Assembly: GCA_963921275.4 (NCBI GenBank)
Contig: OZ001293.3
Location: 5,184,001-5,248,000, forward strand
Length of the DNA stretch: 64,000 nt
Reading direction: 5' to 3'
Source: an uncultured Hormoscilla sp.
GTDB lineage: Bacteria > Cyanobacteriota > Cyanobacteriia > Cyanobacteriales > Desertifilaceae
This document shows, piece by piece, positions 54,515 through 64,000 of this stretch; position 1 is the first letter of the stretch, and each line of letters starts with the position of its first letter. The notes below the pieces were generated by a model. The model did no database searches, was not told where the DNA came from, and was given only the letters and a program-made list of their open reading frames with translations. Position numbers and translations under genes: made by a program.

Positions 54515-55296
54515 ATGGAACGACAACGATATATAGTGCGACTCAGCTCCCAGGAGCGGCAGGAACTGGAAAACATTGTTAAGAAAGGCAAGGGCGGTGC
54601 CTTCTTGATACGACATGCGCAAATATGGCTCCACAGCGACGCCAACCGAGAATGCAAGTCTGTAGAGACGATTGCTCAGATGCTGCATTGTCATAAGAAT
54701 ACAGTGTCTGAACTGCGCAAACGGTTGGTGTCTAAGGGCTTGGCAGCAGCGCGGCAAAGGAAGAAACTCCAGACACCACCCAGACCACGGCTTTTTGATG
54801 GCGTGATGAATCGCACTGGCCTGTAGCACACCGCCGGAAGGTCGCGTCCGTTGGACATTGCAATTATTAGCAGACCGCGTTGTCGAGATCGACATTGTAC
54901 CACACTGCACCGCCAATACAATTCATGAGGTGTTAAAAAAAACTTGCCTCTTGCCCCCATTTACGCGAATGCTGGGTTATCCCGCCGGAAGAGGACGCTG
55001 ATGAAAGTAGCGGCGATGGAAGATGTGCTCGATATTTATCAACGTCCTGATGATGCCAAGGTGCCTGTTGTCTGCATGGATGAACAGCCAGTGCAACTGA
55101 CCAAAGAAACCCGCATCCCACTGCCGCTGGAGCCAGGAAAACCCACAAGGTATGACTATGAATAGGAACGCAACGGCACCGCTAGCATCTTCATGTTCTG
55201 TGAACCTCTGTCGGGAAAACGTACTGTCGAAGCTCATGAACACCGTACTATGACTGATTGGGCGCCGCAAATCAAACATCTACTTGATGTAGACTT
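54515..55296 (+). pseudogene. IS630-family transposase remnant
   Basis: 'YIVRLS..ER..LE', 'PVVCMDEQPVQL', 'RYDYE*ERNGT', 'MFCEPLSG'. Confidence 0.8.
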
Positions 55297-55860
55297 TGCT
55301 CCTTGCGGTTCTGAGGGAATAACTGCTTCCATACCTCGCGATTTCATCAATCAACTCATTACAGTCATAACCTCTATCTCCAATTACTCTTTCTCCTTGT
55401 TGCTCCTGTAATAATGGCAAAATTAACATCGTGAATTTCTCCTGATGTCAGAGTAAAATCTAAAGGGTTCCCTAACCCATCGCTAACAGCATGAATTTTA
55501 TTAGTAAATCCTCCTACAGATCTTCCCTTAGCTTGATTTGCTCCCCCCTTTGCTGGCACAAGGATGACTTCTAATTACAGTGCGCTCTATTAATAGATTT
55601 TCTAAATTTATATCCTCAATACAATTTTGATAGAGACTGTTCCAGATTCCTTTGGCACTCCAACGGTTAAATATGCATAAAAACACTATTCCCTTTGCCA
55701 TATTGTTCGGGTAATTCTCTGTGCGCCAGTTCTCATTATCCATAAGACTCCATTGATAAATTTTCTGATCTTCTGTTCCCAGGTATATTGAACTCTGTCC
55801 TCTCAAAAATACTAATATTTTTTCCCAAGTTTTTCCTTGTATTTCTTGCATATTTAATTT
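55297..55860 (-). pseudogene. IS5-family transposase remnant
   Basis: 'FNRWSAKGIW', 'GRSVGGFTNKIHAVSDGLGNPL.F.LT.G..HD'. Confidence 0.75.
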
Positions 55861-55938
55861 GGCGATATTTTTTATCCATTAAACAGAATATATTATAACA
55901 GCAATCGCTCTTTTTGTCAAGCCAAATGTCTACAGAAC

Positions 55939-56431
55939 CTATACCACCCCGTTCGACCAATAGCTTATCCCTTGATCCTCCCACTTCTGTCTCCCACTAG
56001 GAAGATTCTCGATGCTGATCTCGGCGTGTAATTGCTTGTTTATGTCGGCTGACGCTGCTTTTGGATAGACCGGTTGCCGATGATATTGCTCTGATAGTTT
56101 TGACACCCTCTTTCTGGAGACATTTGGCAACTTTTTGACACCGTTCACGCAAGCGTAAGACTCATCGTTCCCGAGAAGAAGATTTACAAGGGATACGATA
56201 CCAATCCCTGTGACCTGTCGCAGGGATTGGTTCAAAAGTGCTTTTTTATACACATCTTACCGAGATTTTTTGTCCCGCTTTATGTTGGTAGCCAATAGGA
56301 CATTGTATTTTTTCATTGAGCCAGGGAATTTTAAAATAGCTTACCTGATCAATTAGAGAGCAACTTTCAACAGTTGCGTTGGGAAAATTTAATAATTTAT
56401 CGAGATGAAAATCCATTTCGTAACTCCTCAA
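55939..56431 (-). pseudogene. ISL3-like transposase N-terminal remnant
   Basis: 'MDFHLDKLLNFPNATVESC' N-terminus; rest degraded. Confidence 0.5.
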
Positions 56432-56456
56432 ACTGTAATACTGTATACATTTTACA

Positions 56457-56720
56457 CTAAAACCCCAGGAGAGCCATACTTTTCACAATTCGGGTCCGTC
56501 CAGCAGTTGTTCCTGTTTTGGTTTCAATAAAAAAATTCCCAATTTCGGGACTGACGCGCTCAATAACTTGTTGGCGCACCGTCTCCTCTATGTCTTCAAG
56601 ACTTTGGAGTTGCTCAGGGGGCGTCTCTTTATACAACAATGCTGCTATAGCGAGAGATATGAGGCTGCTATAGCGAGATATGAGCAAGGAGTTGTTCATC
56701 TACTGATTGGTTCATTGTTA
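56457..56720 (-). pseudogene. ISKra4-family transposase N-terminal remnant
   Basis: 'AIAALLYKETPPEQLQSLEDIEETVRQQV...PEIG.FF...TGT.AGR.R'. Confidence 0.7.
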
Positions 56721-57172
56721 TACCTGATAATGAACTTTTACTATACTATGTGGCTCTTCGTGAAATGGTATGCGTTCATTGCCATCGGAATAGCCTAAAA
56801 CACTTGCTTCGTCTAGGGTTGAGGTTGTCGCCGCGCGGGAGCGACTGATCTGCAAGGCACAGGCGTTGGAACCATTATTGGTAAAGGGTTTCAGGCGCAT
56901 TAGCTATGATTTTAGCATACTAGATTGGGAAGAGCCTACTATGTATTAGGGGTCGAGCTGGGAATCGCTTCGGAACCCTCCCATTCGGAACCGGACTTGC
57001 GACTTTCACCGCATCCGGCTACTGGGTAGTAGGTTCTTTGTCAATGGTAGGTAACTTTTGGATTACTCCCGTTGTCCCTTGTCCCATGCGATTTGGCTCC
57101 TTTCCTGGTTGGTGAGTGGCGCTGCCGGATAACCTTTAGTGTCACCATTGTCATGTCCGTTTTACCAGTAAT

Positions 57173-58693
57173 ATTAAACTAAGTAAGGGTGTCACCACTC
57201 CTACTCGTCTTCAGAACCGGACTTGAGACTTTCACCTCATCCGGCTCCTCAGTAACGTCATCCTTGTCATGGATACGGCTATTACTACCATCACTGGCAG
57301 TTTTAGTATCGTGGCAATGTTTGTGCAGCAACTGTAGATTGGGATACCAGTCCTTGCCCCCTTTGGATAGGGGTAGGATGTGGTCTACTTCCCATTTGTC
57401 GCCGTCCCTAAACGTTAGTCCGCATTGTTCACATTTGCCCTTTTGTCTTTTGAGCAGGTTCACGACCCTTGTGCTCAACTCTGGGCTCTTACCTAATCTT
57501 ATGCTCCAATATGGTAGGTTACCGTCGTATGGGCTAGCTGTCCCTTTTACCTTTATTTGTCTGATTATCTCAGTTTCGGCGTGTTTGGTTAGCGTCACCT
57601 CTGTGCTTTTGTCTGTCTTACCTCTGAAACACCATTTAACTTCCTGGTTTACAGACCAGTATTTACTAGCTATCCAGTGGCTTGACTTGTTGGGATGCCT
57701 TCTCTTTGCCCATTGCCATAGTATCTCCCATAAGTATTTATCCATGTTGGCGTAAGTTTCCTTACTTACCACCGTTCTGAAGTAGTTGGCCCATCCCCGT
57801 ATTACCGGGTTTAGCCTGCTAATCAGGGCTGCTTGTGGTGCCGTTTTATGGCTGGTTACGATTTGCGCTAATCGTTCTTTATGCTTCCCTATAGATTTCT
57901 TGCTGGGCTTGACTATGGTTTTGAAGCCTAGGGGGGATTTTACCAGTAACCTTTGGAGTCTGCGAACCATCCGCTCGTTGCCTTCCAGTGCCGCTCTGTA
58001 AATTCGTTTTTGCAACTTAAAGACTACCCGCTCCAGCCGAGGCCAAGGAATATCCTTCCATTCATTCATCGATTCTGAAACCGTGCTCATGACGTATGCA
58101 TTGCTACTTACAACTTCACAATTGACGTTACCGTGAGGGCGTCAGCGTATCCTATCCATTACAGACAGGCGTTTGCTTCTCCACGAAATCTCTCCCAAGT
58201 ATGACCTGCCTGATGAAAGCAGATGTTGCGCCTGTGGTGGCTACTCTACCTATCGACCAGTGGTAGAGAGTGCATACCTGGGTTACTTCGTTCCTCTAGA
58301 TGATTGGTTGTAGTTTTAGGTGGACTCTATATGCCGGGTTTATTGTCAGTGCTTATTGGTCGGTTAGGGAACCGCCAATGACCATTATCCTTTCCCTTTT
58401 GGGTCAGCGTGTAAGCCTTTCCGCTGGTTGATGTGACGACACTTATGAGTTTTCGCTTTCGCTCACCATGACCACTTGCTTGGCGATCACCGATTTAGGC
58501 TACCAGTCAGTGCGCCTTTTAACCCCGCTTTACGGATTGATGCCATCGCTACCGTAGGGGTTACGCTTTCACTCCTGCACCTGGAGGGGTGGGCTTTCAC
58601 CACCATCATCTAAAAGTTGTCAGGGCTAATGGAACCCTGAGTGGTCCAAATTTTTGACTTGTGTCAAGTTATTTTACACTAAACGAATCGCAC
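57173..58693 (-). mobile_element. Group II intron U (1521 nt) nested in domain IV of the outer intron
   Basis: GTGCGATTCGTT at 58693, domain V GAGCCGGATGAGGTGAAAGTCTCAAGTCCGGTTC, end GTTTAAT at 57173. Confidence 0.9.
57179..58090 (-). CDS. Group II intron-encoded protein with in-frame deletion of the RT core (N-terminal RT0 part + maturase X + HNH)
   Basis: 'W..LERVVFKLQKRIYRA..LQRLLVKS' joined directly to 'KPSKKSI..LNPVIRGWANYF..WAKRRHP' and HNH; no YADD. Confidence 0.88.
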   Translation of the reverse strand: MSTVSESMNEWKDIPWPRLERVVFKLQKRIYRAALEGNERMVRRLQRLLVKSPLGFKTIVKPSKKSIGKHKERLAQIVTSHKTAPQAALISRLNPVIRGWANYFRTVVSKETYANMDKYLWEILWQWAKRRHPNKSSHWIASKYWSVNQEVKWCFRGKTDKSTEVTLTKHAETEIIRQIKVKGTASPYDGNLPYWSIRLGKSPELSTRVVNLLKRQKGKCEQCGLTFRDGDKWEVDHILPLSKGGKDWYPNLQLLHKHCHDTKTASDGSNSRIHDKDDVTEEPDEVKVSSPVLKTSRSGDTLT

Positions 58694-58915
58694 CTATACC
58701 TCATCACGGACTAGCTTTTGCTATGGTGCCAGTGAAGGGTTCATAACATGTTTAGAGTTACAGTTTCAACCTGAGACTTCCTACTATCACCGACCCACGT
58801 CGGCGTATCCTGGGCATTACCCCAGGCATTTGCTTCTTGGGGGCAGGCTTGGGCTCCCACTCGTGGCTTGCGCTTCACATCTCACTGGTCCTGACGGACA
58901 GCTCACGAGGGGTTC

Positions 58916-59199
58916 CAGCGCATTAAGCCTTATTTCGCTGGTTGGGTTTAACGAGGTTTACATAGGTTCGCCTGTTCTAGCCATGGACATCATCGAGCGC
59001 GTCCTCACCGGTAAGGGCTACCAGTTATCCTACATTTGAGTTCTCGCTTAGCACCACGACGATGTTATTTCGCAGCACCTCCAACCGGTGTTACCCCCGT
59101 ACCTGGGGAGGGGGAATTAAACCCCCATGATTACCAGAGTTCCTAGTTTCCTAGGCCAGCGTTCCGTATATGACTACGTTAGGCTGGAACTCATCGCAC
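58916..59199 (-). mobile_element. 5' part of a second copy of intron family Y nested in W
   Basis: Start GTGCGATGAGTTCCAGCCTAACGTAG identical to 9398; again directly after ATTCCC in host domain I. Confidence 0.85.
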
Positions 59200-59283
59200 G
59201 GGAATTTAACCCCCATGAATACCAGAGTTCCTAATTTCCTAGGCTAGCGTTCCGTGTTTGACCAGGTTAGGCTAGAACGAATA

Positions 59284-60117
<834 letters not shown>

Positions 60118-60272
60118 TGCACTAACCTAGTTCTGTCAAGAAGACGGACAACTATCCGAAAACCGTTCGAGAATTCGCAAATCTTCGCCCAGGTTCTAGC
60201 ATAAGCCAAAATACTCATTACAAAAATGGGATGCACCCATGTGCAACTCCTTCAGTTCCATTCACATATATT

Positions 60273-61286
60273 AACTCAAGTTGCGACCTATAAAAATTGG
60301 ATACAAAAAGCTATGATAAAGAGAATTATTTTCAACTCTAATCCCTTAGATGTAACAGCATGAATTGACTTGGGAAACAAATTGGTGATTCGACTAAAAC
60401 AGGTTTCAACTTGTTTTCTTGTTACTTTTTGTATATATTCAAAACAAGAAGATTCTTTTCTTTTTGAGTTCTTTTTTCGCAAAGCTTTTAACATTATACT
60501 TGACGACTCTTTTAGTAAATCCTCTAATTGATAATCATTATAAGCTTTATCTCCATAAACTATTGAATTTGATGGTAAGTCAAAGCCAAAAGATTGCAAA
60601 ACTTTAACATCATTATAACTACCAGGATCTAGATAAAATTCTATTGGCTTTCCATTTTTGTTTACCAACATATGAACTCTTAATCCATAAAAATAACGTT
60701 TTTTACTGGCAATATACCCTCGATATTCTTCCTTGTTATAAATTTAGCATCTATCAATCCTAATATTATCACATACTGGCACCGGGAAACTATCAAGAAT
60801 ATATTCTTGACCCGGATTGAGCTCTTTAAATGTTTGAGCTATAACTTGGAAGAAAAACATCCAAATTGCTTCGTCAATATTGTGTAATCGACGATTGAAC
60901 CTACTTTTACTTAACAGATTTTTTATATACTTGTGTTCGACCATAAATTGACAAGAGCGATCGTGGTGTCCTCCGAAAAAATATGCAGCAACTAATCCGA
61001 CTGTCATCACTTCGGCATTGTTCATTTTTACTTGTGGATCTTCTTTTATATTTAACGCTTTTAGTAGCTCGTCACAAAGAACAAAAATTGTTGTAATCAT
61101 ATCTTCCATCATCTACATCCCCCAGCAATTAACTATTATTTTAGTACATTATAACCTATAAACAGCCAACCCGCCGTCTAGCACAAAAAAAATATAATTT
61201 TGTATCAAAAGCTACGAAATATCCCAAATATCTGTAAAGTCTAAGTGGGTAATTCATATTTTTTTTAATAGGTCGCAACTTAGGTT
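60273..61286 (-). mobile_element. IS982-family element; transposase (61112-60288) interrupted by one nonsense codon
   Basis: 'ILDSFPVPVCDNIRI', 'YGDKAY', 'RKQVETCFS', 'IHAVT..G'; TAA at 60744-60746 in frame; terminal inverted repeats. Confidence 0.9.
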
Positions 61287-61455
61287 ATATTATAACTTAG
61301 CCCTACCCCTCCCACCGTAACTTGCGTCACCGGTCCAACTCACGGTTTGTCCCAGAGGGCATTCCTGTCTGCCCTAGCCACAGAACGCAAAGAAATATTA
61401 AGATGGAAGTGAGCAGAACTGTTCGAAATTGGCCCCACTACTGAGTGAAAAATTC

Positions 61456-62019
61456 ATGACTACTGAAGTACTGGTAGAAAAGAAAAAGCTGGAAAAGCCC
61501 CCCTTACAGATCCATAACTTGGGCGATCGGGTGTTGCGCCAGCCAGCGAAGCGGGTATCACGGGTAGACAACGAGATCCGACAACTAGCCAAAGAAATGC
61601 TGCAAACCATGTATAGCGCTGATGGCATTGGTTTAGCAGCGCCCCAAGTAGGAGTGCTCAAGCAGCTGCTGGTGGTAGACTGTAAACCAGACGAAGCCGA
61701 TAATCAGCCAGTAATTTTGCTCAACCCCAGCATCAAGAAATTTAGCCGCGAACTGTGCCTCTTCCAGGAGGGGTGCCTCAGCATTCCCGGAGTCTTCCTA
61801 GATGTGAAACGTCCAGAAGCAATAGAAGTAGCCTACAAAGATGTGAACGGATGTCCGCAGGCCTTAACCACAACAGGACTGCTAGCTAGAGTAATTCAGC
61901 ATGAACTGGATCACCTCAACGGCATCATGTTCGTGGACAGGGTGGAGAATGTGCTGGCCTTGAACCAAGAACTGGCCAAAAACGGCTTTTCTGCCCAAGC
62001 AGTCAAGCCAGTAGCTTAA
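61456..62019 (+). CDS. def: Peptide deformylase
   Basis: 'GIGLAAPQ', 'EGCLS', 'QHELDHLNG'. Confidence 0.98.
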   Translation: MTTEVLVEKKKLEKPPLQIHNLGDRVLRQPAKRVSRVDNEIRQLAKEMLQTMYSADGIGLAAPQVGVLKQLLVVDCKPDEADNQPVILLNPSIKKFSRELCLFQEGCLSIPGVFLDVKRPEAIEVAYKDVNGCPQALTTTGLLARVIQHELDHLNGIMFVDRVENVLALNQELAKNGFSAQAVKPVA

Positions 62020-62150
62020 TTTTCACTTCTCTTGGGAAGCATCTCAAGCATGAATTAAGAAACCCGGTTTTTACTGAAAACGGGTTAGAGGGCTACCACT
62101 TCTGTGTAAGTGTACGTACCAATACAGTTCGTTGAATAATAATGATGTTT

Positions 62151-62215
62151 GTGCGATTCGTTCCGGTATAAACCATAAGGTGAAATCCGGGCTGTGTCAT
62201 TGACAATACTCCGGA
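62151..62215 (+). mobile_element. Group II intron 5'-end fragment
   Basis: GTGCGATTCGTTCCGGTATAAACCATAAGGTGAAATCCGGG resembles the family Z 5' end; no downstream domains recognisable. Confidence 0.6.
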
Positions 62216-62399
62216 CAAAATTAGGAGGCTATGGCCCCGTAGGCAAGCAGGTTCTGGTAGTTCCTTCGATGTCTCCTGGTGCTGCCGAAACGTAGGAGCG
62301 CGGTTGAGCACTACCCACGTTTCGGCAGCGCGCTAAAAGCACAGCTGGTGGGGAGACATCTTTGTGAGATTTAATCTTTCCTTGGCTCATACAAAGAAA

Positions 62400-63582
62400 T
62401 AAGTAGTCAGACAAAATTAATTACATAGTTTTCCCCAAATTCTTTGAGAATTTTTTCAACAGATGTAACTAAGGTTTTCCAGCAAGAATAAGCATCGATT
62501 TCAAGCCACGAGTATTTAATAAACTGCCATAAGATTTCAATTAAATTCAAATGAGGGGAATAAGTGGGTAGTCTAAAGAGTGTAATATTGCGTTCCTTCC
62601 ATTCTTCAATCTTATCTTGAATAGCATCACTGGTATGGAAAGAGGCTTGGTCTGCTACAATTACTGTTGGCTTTTCCATTTTGGCGGGGAAAAACGCATC
62701 AATACAAGCGATAACTACATCTGAATTAATACTTTGAGTAGATACATAAGCTTCTAAATGATTGTGTCTATTCATAATTCCTAATACATTTAATCGGCGA
62801 CTACGACGACTAGTAACTTCTATATATTCTCCAATGTTTTGCCATCCATAAGGCACACAAGGAATTAAAGAAAACCCACTTTCATCTAAATAATACAAGT
62901 TGATTTCCCCCAAATCGTCTAACCGTTTCAGTTCAACAAGAGTTGCTTTTTTTTCCTCATACTCTTGAGCTGGCGGGCTGACAGCTACCCCTTTACGCAT
63001 CCGATGCCAACTCATATTCATTGTTTTCAAGATTCTCTGAACAGTTTTAACACTTGTTTCAATTCCCCATTCTTCTTTGATTTTAGCCACCACTTTTTTT
63101 AATTGCCTCGGTTCTTCTTCAGTCCAGGCTTTAATTTTTTCTTTTTGTTCGATACTAAAGGTTTGCTTACGACCTCTTCCCGACTTATTATCTAGTCCTA
63201 CCATTCCCTCTGAATCCCAATTTTCAATCCAATTGTAGATAGTTCTGTAACTAACATCAAAGATTTTCATAAGTTCTTTAACTTTTTTATGTTCTTGATT
63301 GAGCAAAAGTAAACAATGTGCTCTTTGACGAACTTGATGATGGCGACTTTGACGATAAATTCGTAAGAGCAATTTTGCAGAAAGCTCATTTATTTCGCGC
63401 ATTAAAATCATTCTTAATTCCGACTAAATCCCAGTTAGATTATGTCAAATATTACCAGCAGGGGATGAGCGTGAAAACCGACTCCCCGTTAGTTTGACAA
63501 AAATATGCTACATGTACGAGTACCTATATCTAGTATAACAAGTTTTGCCGACTTGGTGCAATTAATTTTGTCCAACTACTTA
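62400..63582 (-). mobile_element. IS630-family element with apparently intact 334-aa transposase (63411-62407)
   Basis: 'YLDESGF', 'ADQASFH', 'LPTYSPHLNLIE.LW'; TA-bounded inverted ends TAAGTAGTCAGACAAAATTA / TAATTTTGTCCAACTACTTA. Confidence 0.9.
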
Positions 63583-63697
63583 AATAAGTTCATGCATCAT
63601 GCAGGGTACATCTCAGTTAGGCGACGAGTAATTATACTTAGTGCAAGTATCCCTCAAAACGGTACATAATTTAGGCACTGTTGACCACCCTTGACCC

Positions 63698-63955
63698 ATG
63701 AACTCCCAAAAGCAGGCTGAACTCCAGCAACATCTTGACGCGATTGCCGCGATTCTCTACCAGGAAGCCGACCCCACTGAACTCACCACCCTTGAAGGCA
63801 TTGAGAAAAACGTTCGTGCGCTTGCCCAAGAACACGTCTGGCCTCAACTAGGAATTTTTTTATCAACCGTACAAGATCTCGCGATGCTGACTGGGGTGAG
63901 CATCTCCCACAGTACGCTCCAACGCTTTGTTCAACGAGAGGACTGGTCTGAGGTA
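63698..63955 (+). pseudogene. ISKra4-family transposase remnant interrupted by a group II intron
   Basis: 'LQQHLDAIAAILYQEADP..LTTLEGIE...PQLGIFLS' then 'TGVSISHSTLQR'. Confidence 0.72.
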
Positions 63956-64000
63956 GTGCGATTCGTTCCGGCATAAGCCAGTAGGTGAAAGTCGGGTCTG
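63956..64000 (+). mobile_element. 5' end of another family Z group II intron (runs off the window)
   Basis: 45 nt identical to the reverse complement of 10378-10422; 5' flank GAGGTA pairs with Z EBS1 TGCCTC (one G-U). Confidence 0.88.

Larger units (their letters stand above)
56945..59282 (-). mobile_element. Outer ORF-less group II intron V/W hosting nested introns; internal deletion at about 58915
   Basis: 3' end CTCGACCCCTAAT at 56945 with intact domain V; resumes at 58694; truncated 5' end ATTCGTTCTAGCC at 59282. Joining of the 5' and 3' parts into one element is inferred. Confidence 0.7.

Noticed and set aside
57179..58090. Possible DGR, retron or IscB/HNH system
   Set aside because: ORF lies within clear group II intron boundaries, lacks the RT active site and RuvC motifs, and no template/variable repeat pair with A-specific differences was seen

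Overview
64 kb of a filamentous, Oscillatoriales-like cyanobacterial chromosome (frequent HIP1 GCGATCGC sites; cyanobacterial-type rpe, rpsN, def, cobT, Crp, LCP and CHAT/FHA/PP2C genes) that is heavily invaded by mobile DNA and shows gene decay. Three things stand out. (1) A swarm of group II introns: 13 intron 5' ends, most belonging to ORF-less families of about 780-990 nt. They share a conserved non-coding domain IV module, have readable EBS1/IBS1 matches to their insertion sites, and are repeatedly nested inside each other (three-level nest at 9.3-12.0 kb, a larger pile-up at 56.9-60.1 kb). No intact RT is present in the window. (2) A family of about 40-50 bp hairpin elements with a conserved loop (AGCGCTA-N3-GCACTA/GCACAAAA) and variable stems. 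They sit in-frame inside proteins and nest up to four deep. (3) A five-gene tandem array of acidic Ig-like-repeat/RTX-type secreted proteins, one of them a recent recombinant chimera. Also present: IS remnants (IS66, IS1634, IS4, ISAzo13, ISKra4, IS5, IS630, ISL3, IS982), several MITEs, and pseudogenes (aat, a Tat-type lipoxygenase, serpin, PIN toxin, GIY-YIG nuclease). I saw no rRNA, tRNA or CRISPR array. All calls were made by eye, without database searches.
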